Part shown: in pieces, positions 8,009-18,083 of the stretch | Position numbering within the stretch: position 1 is the first letter of the stretch | Layout: every line of letters begins with the position of its first letter | Assembly (NCBI GenBank): GCA_934095845.1 | Contig: CAKOKS010000004.1 | Coordinates: 3,626 to 67,625 of the forward strand | DNA from: an uncultured Bacilli bacterium | GTDB lineage: Bacteria; Bacillota_I; Bacilli_A; RF39; UBA660 | Length of the DNA: 64,000 bases | Direction: 5' to 3' | The notes under the pieces: model-generated | Told to the model about the DNA's origin: nothing | The model's database searches: none | What the model saw: only the letters and a program-made list of their open reading frames with translations | Position numbers and translations under genes: made by a program

Positions 8009-9640
8009 ATGAAAAAGAATAGTTTTATGGAAGGAACAATAATCGCGACTCTTGCTATTGTTGTTGTTAAAATCCTTGGAATGCTTTATGTTATTCCTTT
8101 TTATTCAATAGTTGGTTCAAGTGGAGGGGCTTTGTATAGTTATGCTTATAATATTTATTTAATATTTTTAGGTATTTCAAGTGCTGGCCTTCCAAGTGCG
8201 ATTAGTAAAATTATAAGTGAATATAATACACTTGAAGATAAGACAGCTAAGAATGTTGCTTATAAACAAGCAAAAAAAATAATACTTATATTTGCAAGTA
8301 TATCATTTATATTATTATTTGTATTTGCATCATCTATTGCTAAATTTATAATTGGTGATATAAGTGGTGGTAATACAATTGAAGATGTTGCTTTTGTTAT
8401 AAGATGCATATCTCCTGCTATTCTAGTGGTTCCTTTTTTAAGTATAACTAAAGGATACTTACAAGGGCACAAATACGTAACTCCATCTTCTGTTAGTCAA
8501 TTAATTGAACAAATTGTTAGAATACTTGTTATTTTAGTAGGTTCATACTTAGTTGTAAAAGTATTTAATGGAACTATTTCTTTAGCAATTGGAATTGCTA
8601 TATTGGGTGCTTTTGTAGGTGGTTTTTGTGCTTATGTTTATTTAAGAAATGTTATTAGAAAAAATAAAGATAAATTAGAACTTGAAGATGTTGATAATGA
8701 AAATGCTGAACTAAAAAAGGCAATTACTAAAAAAATAATTAAATATGCAATACCTTTTATTATTATTAATATAGTTACAAATATTTATAATTTTACAGAT
8801 CAAATACTTGTACTTAGAACTCTTGAATACTTAAAAATGGATGCTAAACAAATTGAATTTGTTGCAAGTGCTATAAGTACATGGGCACCTAAAATTAATA
8901 TGGTAATTAATGCAATGGCCATGGGAATGACTATAAGTTTAATTCCATCTATAGTAAGTTCTTATACTAAAAAGGATTTAAATGATGTAAGTGATAAAAT
9001 AAATAGATCTTTAGCCTTAGTGTTCTTTATATCATTTCCAATGGCTATAGGGATTTCATTCTTAAGAGAACCAATTTGGCAAGTATTTTATAACTCAAAT
9101 AATTATGGATATATGATATTAGGTTTATCAGTATTTTCAGCAGTAATGGCTAATATGTATATGATTCTTTCAACGATATGTCAAAGTTTAAATAAATTTA
9201 AATTAGTTTATCTTGTATCTATTACTGGATTTTTAACGAATGCTATATTAGATGTTCCAATAATGTTACTATTTAATAGAATAGGTATACCTGCATTTTT
9301 AGGTAGTATAGTTGCAAGTATAATTGGTTTTTCTTTAAGTGTAATTATTGGACTTGTATTCTTACATAAAGATGAAAATATTGATTTTAAATTTATGATA
9401 AAAAGTGTTTTAAAAACGTTTATACCATCTATTATAATGATACTTGTGTTAATTATTTTAAATAAATTTGTTGTAATAAATAATAATATATTAAAAATAG
9501 CAATAAATGGTATAGTAGGTGGAGGTATTTATATAATTATTTCTTATTATTTAGGTTTAATTGAAAACTTATTTGGAAGAGAATATCTAAATAAAATCAT
9601 AAAAAAACTTACCTTTGGTAAGTTTAAGTTAAAGAATTAG
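8009..9640 (+). CDS. MOP-superfamily flippase (YtgP/SpoVB/MurJ-like polysaccharide biosynthesis protein)
   Basis: 543 aa with ~14 predicted TM helices. The N-terminus ..GTIIATLAIVVVKILGMLYVIPF.. is typical of SpoVB/YtgP-type proteins. Confidence 0.7.
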   Translation: MKKNSFMEGTIIATLAIVVVKILGMLYVIPFYSIVGSSGGALYSYAYNIYLIFLGISSAGLPSAISKIISEYNTLEDKTAKNVAYKQAKKIILIFASISFILLFVFASSIAKFIIGDISGGNTIEDVAFVIRCISPAILVVPFLSITKGYLQGHKYVTPSSVSQLIEQIVRILVILVGSYLVVKVFNGTISLAIGIAILGAFVGGFCAYVYLRNVIRKNKDKLELEDVDNENAELKKAITKKIIKYAIPFIIINIVTNIYNFTDQILVLRTLEYLKMDAKQIEFVASAISTWAPKINMVINAMAMGMTISLIPSIVSSYTKKDLNDVSDKINRSLALVFFISFPMAIGISFLREPIWQVFYNSNNYGYMILGLSVFSAVMANMYMILSTICQSLNKFKLVYLVSITGFLTNAILDVPIMLLFNRIGIPAFLGSIVASIIGFSLSVIIGLVFLHKDENIDFKFMIKSVLKTFIPSIIMILVLIILNKFVVINNNILKIAINGIVGGGIYIIISYYLGLIENLFGREYLNKIIKKLTFGKFKLKN

Positions 9641-9942
9641 ACCATATACATTGAATTTGCAAAGTTAAAATCGGTTTGAGTTTGAGAATTAGTAGTAGTT
9701 GGTATATTAGTTTGACTATTTTCAAGGTTAGTTATTCTTTGATCAAGTCTACCAATTTCTCTTTCAATTTTACTTAATCTAGCATCAATATCATCATAAC
9801 TATTATAATTTGTTGTATATTGTTGTGGCATTGTATTCATATTAGGTACTAAACCAGTGTTCATTTGAGGATTCATTTGTGGATTAGTTTGATATCCATA
9901 TGAACCAAATTGAGAAAAAAAGCTGTTTCTATCTTTTTTCAT
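9637..9942 (-). CDS. Hypothetical Gln/Asn/Pro-rich protein with a short coiled coil
   Basis: Start chosen at the ATG preceded by AGGGAG (MKKDRNSFF..). Low-complexity QMNPQMN repeats and ..IDARLSKIEREIGRLDQRITNLE... Its 3' end overlaps the convergent flippase gene by 4 nt. Confidence 0.5.
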   Translation of the reverse strand: MKKDRNSFFSQFGSYGYQTNPQMNPQMNTGLVPNMNTMPQQYTTNYNSYDDIDARLSKIEREIGRLDQRITNLENSQTNIPTTTNSQTQTDFNFANSMYMV

Positions 9943-10006
9943 ATAATCACTCCCTAGTGTATTATATGTTTTTCGTGATAAATGTTTCATTTAGGAGGTA
10001 ATTTTT

Positions 10007-10639
10007 ATGAGACTTAGAAATGTAAAAGGAGCTGACGAATTAGTTAAAGATTGTAAATATACAATTAATGAGCCAGAAAAATATAAAGGAAAATTTAAAG
10101 AAATATTTGGAAATGATTTTGAGATTCATGTTGAAATAGGTATGGGAAAAGGAGACTTTATAATAGGAAAGTGTTTGCTTCATCCAGATATTAATTTTAT
10201 TGGTATTGAAAAGTATGAATCTGTTATGGTAAGAGCAATTGATAAATTAAAAGACATGGAAGTACCGAATTTACGTTTAATTAGATTTGATGCAACCAAT
10301 ATTGATTCCCTTTTTGATCATGAAATATCAACTCTTTATTTAAACTTTTCTGATCCATGGCCAAAGGCACGTCATGCTAAAAGAAGATTAACTTCACCAG
10401 TATTTTTAAAATTATATGATTCTATATTTGTAGGGGATCCTCATATTGTTCAAAAAACTGATAATATTGGTTTATTTGCTTATTCTATTGAAAGCTTATC
10501 TAATTATGGATATACATTTGATAAAGTATCTTTAGATATAGTAACTACTGATGTAGAAGATGTAGAAACTGAATATGAAAAAAAGTTTAAATCTTTAGGT
10601 GTAAAAATTAACTATCTAGATGCTGTAAAGAGAAAATAA
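10007..10639 (+). CDS. trmB: tRNA (guanine46-N7)-methyltransferase
   Basis: ..VEIGMGKGDF.. SAM-binding motif and ..NFSDPWPKARHAKRRL.. signature. Confidence 0.85.
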   Translation: MRLRNVKGADELVKDCKYTINEPEKYKGKFKEIFGNDFEIHVEIGMGKGDFIIGKCLLHPDINFIGIEKYESVMVRAIDKLKDMEVPNLRLIRFDATNIDSLFDHEISTLYLNFSDPWPKARHAKRRLTSPVFLKLYDSIFVGDPHIVQKTDNIGLFAYSIESLSNYGYTFDKVSLDIVTTDVEDVETEYEKKFKSLGVKINYLDAVKRK

Positions 10640-10754
10640 AAAAATAAATTAATTTTTAAATGCTATGTTATAATTAAAATAGTAGGAGTGGATATAAATA
10701 GTATTTAAAAAAACATTTTTATTTGTTATAATACTAATATAAAGGAATGTTTTT

Positions 10755-11405
10755 ATGAAGAAAATATTAATTGTTATTGTTACAATTTTAGTATTTACTA
10801 CAGGTTGCTCAAATGTTTTGAACTTAAAAAGTGCAAGTGTAGATACTATTGTTGATAAAACAATAAATAGTAAATATAAGTTAGATAATCATATTAACCG
10901 AGGATTTAAATATTACTTACCTAGAGAACTTGCTGTTATTAAACAAGATGAACAAAATGAGGTTATTAAATATGATGAATATGATTTATACTTATATGTG
11001 GATTTAATTAGTTATTATAATAAAAAAGATGTTAATTATGAAAAGAACGATAATATTTATTATTCACGTGTCTTACTGAAGGATGAAAAAAAAGGTCTCG
11101 TTAATATTGATGTTACAAGCGATGAAGTTTATATTAAAGTAACTTATAATTATGCAACTATTGAAACTAAAATCAGCAATGAAGATATTAACAATGTTAT
11201 ATCTAATATAATGATTATTTTATCATCTATAACTTATAATGATGATGTTATAGAAAATATACTTGCAAGTAATTCTCATTTAGGAAAAGATGAAGTAGTT
11301 GATGTATTTGATAATAAAAAGAATGATAATACATATTTGGATATAGAAGAAACAGAATATACTGGAAATGAAGAAGAAGACTATGATCCAGATGTTATAA
11401 ATTAG
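10755..11405 (+). CDS. Putative lipoprotein
   Basis: Signal peptide ending in the lipobox-like ..VFTTGC|S. No recognisable domain. Confidence 0.55.
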   Translation: MKKILIVIVTILVFTTGCSNVLNLKSASVDTIVDKTINSKYKLDNHINRGFKYYLPRELAVIKQDEQNEVIKYDEYDLYLYVDLISYYNKKDVNYEKNDNIYYSRVLLKDEKKGLVNIDVTSDEVYIKVTYNYATIETKISNEDINNVISNIMIILSSITYNDDVIENILASNSHLGKDEVVDVFDNKKNDNTYLDIEETEYTGNEEEDYDPDVIN

Positions 11406-11410
11406 AGGAG

Positions 11411-12370
11411 ATGAATTACCATATGGGTTTAATGGATAAAGTAAAGAAAATCTTATTTGATGAAGATGAAATCGAGGTTCCTGTTAAAAGTGATACTCTA
11501 CCTAAAAGAGAAGCTAAAAAGGAAGAATTTCCAAGTAGAGGTTCTTTTATAAATCATCATGAACAAGAAGAAGAGGAAAATCCAATTAAAGAAATAATTG
11601 TTCCTGCATATGAAGAAAAAAAGGAAGTTCCTGAAAGAAGAAGTTTTAATTTCCCAGATGATGATGACTTTGATTTTATGCCAAAAATAAAAGAAGAAGT
11701 ACAAGAAGAAGTTATTAGAAGAAGAGAAGTTACTCCTGAGTATAATGAATTTAAAAGAGTAGAAACTCAAACTAAAGTAAGTAGAGAATATGGTCTTCAA
11801 GAAAATAAGGATTATAAAAAGTTAATCAAAGATGAAGAAGTAAAAATAAAAGCAGAAAAAGAAAAGAAACCATTTACTGTAACTCCAGTTATATCTCCTG
11901 TATATGGAATAATTGATACTGAAAATGTAGAAGTTCCAAAAAGAGAAGTAAATGAAGAAATTGAAGTAATTCAAACAAGAAGAAATTTTGGACCAGTAAG
12001 TTATAATGATCAACCAAGTATACCAAAAGAAGAGAAGAAAAGCGTAGAAGTACTTGAAAAAGTAAATATAGATGATGTAGTAGATGAAACAGATGATGAA
12101 AATATTCAAACTTCAGGTATAGAAAATGAATATTTAGGCAATAATAGTATTGAGGAGTCATTTGAGTCTACAAGCGAACTTGAAACTATAAATGAAGAAG
12201 ATAGTAAGTTTGTTGAAGGAGAAAAAGTAGATTATACTCCTCAAACAATTGAAGAAAGCGAAGAAGAAAAACGTGAAAATGAAAAGTTAGAAGACACCAT
12301 TGAAACAGATTTATTTAATCTAATAGACTCGATGTATAAAGATGATGAAGATACAGGAAGTGATGATTAA
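11411..12370 (+). CDS. Acidic Glu/Lys/Asp-rich hypothetical protein
   Basis: Long ORF with biased composition. The N-terminal amphipathic segment (M)GLMDKVKKILF is reminiscent of membrane-targeting helices. The antisense ORFs in the track are shadows of this gene. Confidence 0.55.
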   Translation: MNYHMGLMDKVKKILFDEDEIEVPVKSDTLPKREAKKEEFPSRGSFINHHEQEEEENPIKEIIVPAYEEKKEVPERRSFNFPDDDDFDFMPKIKEEVQEEVIRRREVTPEYNEFKRVETQTKVSREYGLQENKDYKKLIKDEEVKIKAEKEKKPFTVTPVISPVYGIIDTENVEVPKREVNEEIEVIQTRRNFGPVSYNDQPSIPKEEKKSVEVLEKVNIDDVVDETDDENIQTSGIENEYLGNNSIEESFESTSELETINEEDSKFVEGEKVDYTPQTIEESEEEKRENEKLEDTIETDLFNLIDSMYKDDEDTGSDD

Positions 12371-12663
12371 TGGATGTCCTAGCTACCGTTTTACCAATCG
12401 TTATAGATATTTTACTGATAACTCTACTAGTAGTAAGTATTATATTGGTAATAAAATGCATATATATTATTAATAAAGCAAAAAGAATCGTTGATAATGT
12501 AGAAACAAAGGTTAATAGTTTAAATGGTGTATTTAATGTAGTAAATATTATCAGTGATAGAATGGAAAGTATATCAATGTCAATTATTAATTTCTTTGAA
12601 GGATTAATAATGAAATTTATAAAAAAGGATAAAGAAGGAGAAGATGAAAATGAAGAAGAGTAA
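12370..12663 (+). CDS. DUF948-like membrane protein
   Basis: An N-terminal TM is followed by a helical region. It is paired with a YtxH-like gene, as is common in Firmicutes. Confidence 0.5.
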   Translation: MDVLATVLPIVIDILLITLLVVSIILVIKCIYIINKAKRIVDNVETKVNSLNGVFNVVNIISDRMESISMSIINFFEGLIMKFIKKDKEGEDENEEE

Positions 12664-13045
12664 ATTAGGAGCTTTAGTAGCTGGTATTGGAATAGGAGCA
12701 GCAGCAGGAATGTTACTTGCACCTAAAAGTGGAGAAGAAACAAGAAAAGATATTCAAAAAAAAGCTAAACAAATTGGAAAGAAAGTAAAAGATATTGACT
12801 TAAATCAAGTAAAAGAAGATTTAGTAAAAGAATTTGATAAATTCAAAAATGAAATGAAAGACATGGATAAAGAAAAAGCCATGAAACTTGCTAAAGAACA
12901 AGGAACTAAACTACTTGATAAGTGTGAAGATCTAATTACTATGGCTAAAGAAAAAAGTGCACCAATGATAGAAAAAACTGGAAAAGATATTAAGAAAAAG
13001 CTTTCTGAAATGCTAGCTGATGCATCTGAAAAACTAAGTGAATAA
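12644..13045 (+). CDS. YtxH-domain protein
   Basis: ..LGALVAGIGIGAAAGMLLAPKSGEETRKDI.. is the YtxH signature. The rest is a Lys/Glu-rich helical region. Confidence 0.7.
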   Translation: MKMKKSKLGALVAGIGIGAAAGMLLAPKSGEETRKDIQKKAKQIGKKVKDIDLNQVKEDLVKEFDKFKNEMKDMDKEKAMKLAKEQGTKLLDKCEDLITMAKEKSAPMIEKTGKDIKKKLSEMLADASEKLSE

Positions 13046-13058
13046 AAATAAACTATAA

Positions 13059-13084
13059 AGCAACTATCATGTTGCTTTTTTATA
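13059..13084 (+). terminator. Rho-independent terminator (copy 1 of an identical 26-bp unit)
   Basis: aagcaac-tatcat-gttgctt followed by TTTTT. The same 26 bp recur at 16888-16913. Confidence 0.7.
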
Positions 13085-13146
13085 TTGAGTTTTCTTTACT
13101 TTAAAATGTAATTTTGATATATTTAACTTAATAATAGAGGTGTAAT

Positions 13147-15033
13147 ATGCTTGAGTTAAAAAATGTTAATAAAGTTGTAAATAATAAGAAAATACTTGAT
13201 GATATAAATATTAAAATACCTAGTACTGGATTAACTATAATATCTGGTAAAAGTGGAAGTGGAAAAACAACATTACTTAATGTAATTAATTCTTTAGATA
13301 AAGATTATGATGGTGAAGTACTTTATGATGGAAGAAAACTATCAGTTGAAGATTTTAGTAATGTATTTCAAGACTATAACTTATTTGAAGAACTTACAGT
13401 AATTGAAAATCTTAATATTTATAATAATTTAAAAGAAGTAGATGAATTATTAGAAAAACTAAATATAAAAAGTTTAAAAAATAAAAAAGTATATACGCTT
13501 TCAGGTGGAGAAAAAAGAAGAGTATCTATTGCCAGAGCTTTATTAAAGAAATCTAAAATAATGATACTAGATGAACCTACATCTTCTTTGGATGAAGAAA
13601 ATACTAAAAATGTTTTAAATATTTTAAAGGATTATTCTAAAAATCATTTAGTAATAATTTCTACTCATGAAATAATACAACCAGAAATAATTGATTCTTA
13701 TATAGAAATAATTGCTGGTAAAGCTCAAATTAAGTATATAAAGGAATCTAATAATTTAGCACTTGATGAAAGTATTACAATAAATAATAGTTTTATAGAT
13801 AAAATTACAAATTTGTTTTTTACTAGATATAAACTTAGTTCATTTTTATCCATTTTATTTATGTCTATATTAATTTCTTTTGTTTTGTTTTCTTCATTTA
13901 TGTGTAAATTTGATTTTGCTAAAATTCAAGCTAAAACTAATGAAAAAGAATCTGTTAATACTTTAGTTTATTATTCTAATGATGAAAACAAATATACTGG
14001 AGTTAGATATTATAATGATAAATATTATAATTTAAGTATAAATACAAATATGGATGTACCATTTTATTACTTATATGTTCCAAATTGTAATTATTTTGTT
14101 TATAATGATGATTTTTTAACAGGAGATATTATTGGTAATATTCCAACTGAAAAAAATGAAATAATGATTTATCAAATTCTTGCTGAAATGATTATGTATT
14201 ATGGAATTCTTACTGACAATGGAATATACAAACCTAATAATGTGAATGATATAATAGGTAAATCGGTTAGAATTAATGATATAAATGTCTCAATATCAGG
14301 AATAATCTTAAATGATTTATCTAGTTATAATAATTTAAAGAATGATTATAATTTAGAACTTAATTTAGAAAAAAATATGTTTGCAAGTAAATATGATTAT
14401 TATAAAAATATGATTTTAGTTAGTAATGACTTTGATAGTTATATGAACGAATTTATAACAAATAAAAAAAGTAAATTAACAAATATTAGTTATATTGTTA
14501 AAAACGATTATCAAGAACAACTAAATGTATTAGAGAAAATAAAAGTAGATAATTCAAGATTTCCTAAAAAACTTAATATAATTGGAACTTTTTACAGTGA
14601 TATTATTGCTGAAACTTTATATTTTCCATACATAGTAAGTAATGTAATTAAATTAATAAGTCCTTTAATAATGATTATATTAATTATATTTGTAGTAATA
14701 TTTGTAGAAAATATACTTGTTAAAAATAACAAAGAAATTGGAATACTTGTAATATTAGGATTTAAGAAAAAAGATATAAATAAATTGATAATTAGTTATA
14801 CAATAAAATATATTTTATATTCTTTATTATTAAGTGGTATTTTGTTAAGTTTTGCAAGTATAAGTTTAAATTTATATTATTCTAAAGTAGTTGAATTTTA
14901 TTTACATCCATTTATATTTAATTTTGAATTAGAGTATCCTTTAGTAATCCTATTTACAACTTTAATTATATGTATAATTGTAATAATTAAAAATAATAAG
15001 AAAAATTATATTATGGAAGTAAGAAATGATTAG
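13147..15033 (+). CDS. MacB-type ABC transporter, fused NBD plus FtsX-like permease
   Basis: Walker A GKSGSGKTT, signature LSGGEKRR and Walker B IMILDEPT. These are followed by a TM, a large extracytoplasmic region and three C-terminal TMs with an FtsX-like ..EIGILVILGFKKKDI.. motif. Confidence 0.75.
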   Translation: MLELKNVNKVVNNKKILDDINIKIPSTGLTIISGKSGSGKTTLLNVINSLDKDYDGEVLYDGRKLSVEDFSNVFQDYNLFEELTVIENLNIYNNLKEVDELLEKLNIKSLKNKKVYTLSGGEKRRVSIARALLKKSKIMILDEPTSSLDEENTKNVLNILKDYSKNHLVIISTHEIIQPEIIDSYIEIIAGKAQIKYIKESNNLALDESITINNSFIDKITNLFFTRYKLSSFLSILFMSILISFVLFSSFMCKFDFAKIQAKTNEKESVNTLVYYSNDENKYTGVRYYNDKYYNLSINTNMDVPFYYLYVPNCNYFVYNDDFLTGDIIGNIPTEKNEIMIYQILAEMIMYYGILTDNGIYKPNNVNDIIGKSVRINDINVSISGIILNDLSSYNNLKNDYNLELNLEKNMFASKYDYYKNMILVSNDFDSYMNEFITNKKSKLTNISYIVKNDYQEQLNVLEKIKVDNSRFPKKLNIIGTFYSDIIAETLYFPYIVSNVIKLISPLIMIILIIFVVIFVENILVKNNKEIGILVILGFKKKDINKLIISYTIKYILYSLLLSGILLSFASISLNLYYSKVVEFYLHPFIFNFELEYPLVILFTTLIICIIVIIKNNKKNYIMEVRND

Positions 15034-15041
15034 GTGATAAT

Positions 15042-16889
15042 ATGCTTGAATTAAAAAATGTTAGTAAAATTTACAATGATTCAAAAGTGGCTTTACAAAA
15101 TATAAATTTAAAACTTGCTGATACTGGATTCGTTCTTATTAATGGTAAAAGTGGAAGTGGAAAGACAACTTTTTTGAATTTAATTGGAAATATAATTTTG
15201 CCTACAAAAGGTGAAGTTACCTATAATAATAAAAATATAAATGAGATAAAAAAATATACTTATAAATATATAAGTTATATTTTTCAGGATTATAATTTAT
15301 TCAGTTCTTTAAATGTGTTAGAAAATATTCGATTTTTAAATAAAAATGCCAATAAAGAACTTATTAAGAATTTTCAAATTGAAGATATTTTAGATAAAAA
15401 AGTTAATGAAATTTCCGGTGGTGAAGCAAGAAGAGTTGCTGTTATTCGTTCAATTATTAATAATTCTAAAATAATTTTATGTGATGAACCAACTGCTTCT
15501 TTAGATTTAGATAATGAAAAAAAGATATTAGAATTATTAAAAGAAAAAAGTAAAAATTCTTTAGTCATTGTTGTAAGTCATCACTTAGATGTTATAAAAC
15601 CTTATGCTGATCGAATTATAACTTTAGAAAATGGAAATGTTATAGAAGATAAGATTATAAGTAATGAAGAGAAATTAATAAATCAAGACAAATTAGCTAA
15701 AAAAAGAAAAAGTTTAATATATTTAACTTTTAAAAGAATTAAAGAAAATAAATCTATGTTTATTTTAAATACTTTAATATTAATGTTCTTGTTTTTTCTA
15801 TATATTTTAAGTTTAAGTTTTAAAAATATTGATTTTAATAAAATGGAAATAGATTTAATGAAAGATAATAATTTTCATAAACTTTATAGTGAAGTTAGTA
15901 ATGAACATTTTAATAAAGTTTATGAAGTCTTTGATGATACGGATCTTATGTCTTTTTCAGTAGGAAGTGGAGAATATAATATTTATTATAAAAATGATTT
16001 TAATAATGTTAGTTATACAGAATATGATAACAATTATGATAGTAATTTGTTGGGTAATAAACCTATTAATAAAAATGAATTAGTAATAAATGAATATCTA
16101 TTTGAATGTTTTAATAAATTTGGGATAGAAAATAAAGATAAAATATACATATATCCAAAAAATATTGAAGATGTTATCGGACTTGAAATATTAATCAATA
16201 ATGAAATCTATAAAATTACTGGAGTACTTAAAGAAGATTTAAATAGATATAGTAGTTTAAAAAATTTAACTAATTCACAGGGTATGGAAAAGTTAGTTAA
16301 TATATTTGAAGATGACATTATTAGAAGTAATTTTGTTTATGTTAATAAGTCTTTCTTTAATGATAAAGATATCAATTTAATAAGTTATTTCTTTTATAGT
16401 AATGATTATAAAGAACTATTAAAAATAAAAAATAATTATCGAAATATTGAAAGTTCAGTTACATCTGTAATGGAAGAAAATCATAATATTTTAAATACAT
16501 TAAAATTAATAAGTAAATATTCATTTTATATAATAATAGTTATTTTAATTATAAATTTATCAATAACAAATATGAATTCAATAAGCAATTATGAAAAAGA
16601 AAATAAAATATTATATTTCATGGGATTTAGTAAATTTAAGATTACCAATATTTATTTTTTAGATATTTTTACAAAAGTCTTTTGGTCATCTATATTAGGA
16701 ATTGTTTTTATGTTTTGTTTTGATGAAATATTAAATTATATTATGACAATAAATAATCGTATAACTTTTAACTTATTAAAAGTGGATTTTAATCTTTTAC
16801 TACTTGTTTCTTTATTAAACTTGTTTATTGTAATATTAAGTTATATTTCTTCTTTAATAATAATACATAAAAATATAAAGTGTGAATAA
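15042..16889 (+). CDS. MacB-type ABC transporter, fused NBD plus FtsX-like permease (paralogue)
   Basis: GKSGSGKTT, ISGGEARR and IILCDEPT, with the same overall architecture as 13147..15033. Confidence 0.75.
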   Translation: MLELKNVSKIYNDSKVALQNINLKLADTGFVLINGKSGSGKTTFLNLIGNIILPTKGEVTYNNKNINEIKKYTYKYISYIFQDYNLFSSLNVLENIRFLNKNANKELIKNFQIEDILDKKVNEISGGEARRVAVIRSIINNSKIILCDEPTASLDLDNEKKILELLKEKSKNSLVIVVSHHLDVIKPYADRIITLENGNVIEDKIISNEEKLINQDKLAKKRKSLIYLTFKRIKENKSMFILNTLILMFLFFLYILSLSFKNIDFNKMEIDLMKDNNFHKLYSEVSNEHFNKVYEVFDDTDLMSFSVGSGEYNIYYKNDFNNVSYTEYDNNYDSNLLGNKPINKNELVINEYLFECFNKFGIENKDKIYIYPKNIEDVIGLEILINNEIYKITGVLKEDLNRYSSLKNLTNSQGMEKLVNIFEDDIIRSNFVYVNKSFFNDKDINLISYFFYSNDYKELLKIKNNYRNIESSVTSVMEENHNILNTLKLISKYSFYIIIVILIINLSITNMNSISNYEKENKILYFMGFSKFKITNIYFLDIFTKVFWSSILGIVFMFCFDEILNYIMTINNRITFNLLKVDFNLLLLVSLLNLFIVILSYISSLIIIHKNIKCE

Positions 16890-16913
16890 GCAACTATCAT
16901 GTTGCTTTTTTAT
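16888..16913 (+). terminator. Rho-independent terminator (copy 2 of the identical 26-bp unit)
   Basis: Identical to 13059-13084. Confidence 0.7.
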
Positions 16914-16953
16914 TTGTAAAAAAGTATAATAACTATAGAATAGGAGAGCTCTT

Positions 16954-17892
16954 ATGAAAGATGAAATCATTGATATAGATACAGAAAATAAACAAGATAA
17001 TTTAGATAAAACAGAGATAATTGATATAGTAAGTCCTGATAATGAAAATAATGAATTAGATGTAGAACAAGAAAAAAACGATACGGTTCAAAAAATTAGT
17101 CAAAGTAATATAGATGAAAATAAAAGTGAGAATCAAATAGAAAATAATAATAATGAAAATAACGAAGAAACACTTAATGCTAATGATCTAAAAAAATCTA
17201 AAAAGATTAAATTTAAGCTTCCTACAATAAGTTTAAAACATGTAACAAGTGTTCCTAAAAATGTTTGTATTATTGGTTTAATCGTATTTTTTACTGTTGG
17301 TTTATTAATCGGTAAAATGTTCTTTTCTAAAAACTATTGTGCTGTTACTACAACTAGAGCTACTGAAAATAAAAAGTTTGTAGCTGATGGAAAAAATAAT
17401 ATAACTGAAGTAGGTAATTTTAAATATCAAGTACCAAATTCTTATATATATGATAAAGATTCAAATTATTTACTTGTTTATGATAAAGATGGTTTATTTA
17501 AAATAACTATTAGAAGTTTAAAAGGTAGTTATGATGATTTAATTCTATCTAAAGTTTCAATTAAAGAAAGTGTAAAAGAACAAGGATATGTTGTAAACGA
17601 TGTTAAAGAATTAGTAGTTAATAACAATAATCATTTAGTTTTAGAACTTACAGATAATACATATAATCATTTAATTAGTTTTACAAAAGGAAATGATGAA
17701 TATATATTTTATATAGATATTGTTACAACTAGTAATGATATTGATTCAACTATTTTAAATACAGCTGAAGATATTGTAAGAAATGCAGAATATGTTGAAA
17801 AAGTAAATGCTCTTGAAAGTATGAGGAAAGTTGATGTTGCTGATATATCTTTAAAAGCAGCAAGTGAATACAAAAAAGCAACTTCTAAATAA
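16954..17892 (+). CDS. Hypothetical membrane-anchored protein (acidic low-complexity N-terminus, one TM, C-terminal domain)
   Basis: Long ORF with a GGAG SD and a TM ..VCIIGLIVFFTVGLLIG... Confidence 0.55.
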   Translation: MKDEIIDIDTENKQDNLDKTEIIDIVSPDNENNELDVEQEKNDTVQKISQSNIDENKSENQIENNNNENNEETLNANDLKKSKKIKFKLPTISLKHVTSVPKNVCIIGLIVFFTVGLLIGKMFFSKNYCAVTTTRATENKKFVADGKNNITEVGNFKYQVPNSYIYDKDSNYLLVYDKDGLFKITIRSLKGSYDDLILSKVSIKESVKEQGYVVNDVKELVVNNNNHLVLELTDNTYNHLISFTKGNDEYIFYIDIVTTSNDIDSTILNTAEDIVRNAEYVEKVNALESMRKVDVADISLKAASEYKKATSK

Positions 17893-17898
17893 AACTCA

Positions 17899-17927
17899 TT
17901 GACTTAAATTATTTTATCATATATAAT
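17899..17927 (+). promoter_or_regulatory. SigA-type promoter of the T-box/HAD/tyrS operon
   Basis: TTGACT-17 nt-TATAAT. Confidence 0.6.
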
Positions 17928-17934
17928 TTATTTA

Positions 17935-18070
17935 ATTGATGTTGAAAAAGAGTTACGCCTTTGGAGTCAAATCGTATTATTCGCGTTAAGAATTATAGAG
18001 TGTATGAGCAATCATAAATTAAGGTGGTACCACGGAAATATTCGTCCTTAAATTATGGTTGTTTTTTTGT
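17935..18070 (+). promoter_or_regulatory. T-box leader (probable Tyr specifier UAC) with terminator/antiterminator
   Basis: T-box core aaGGUGGUACCAcgg lies at 18021-18035. A UAC codon sits in a loop at ~17957-17959. The terminator stem is cataaattaagg / ccttaaattatg followed by gttgTTTTTTT. tyrS lies downstream. Confidence 0.65.
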
Positions 18071-18083
18071 GGAGGTTTTGGTT

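Noticed and set aside
11498-12722. Minus-strand ORFs overlapping the acidic protein and DUF948-like genes (11498..11800, 11822..12109, 11889..12161, 12315..12722).
   Set aside because: Their Phe/Leu/Ser-rich nonsense translations are complementary to GAA/AAA-rich sense codons, and they have no SD. The sense-strand genes have coherent composition and operon context.
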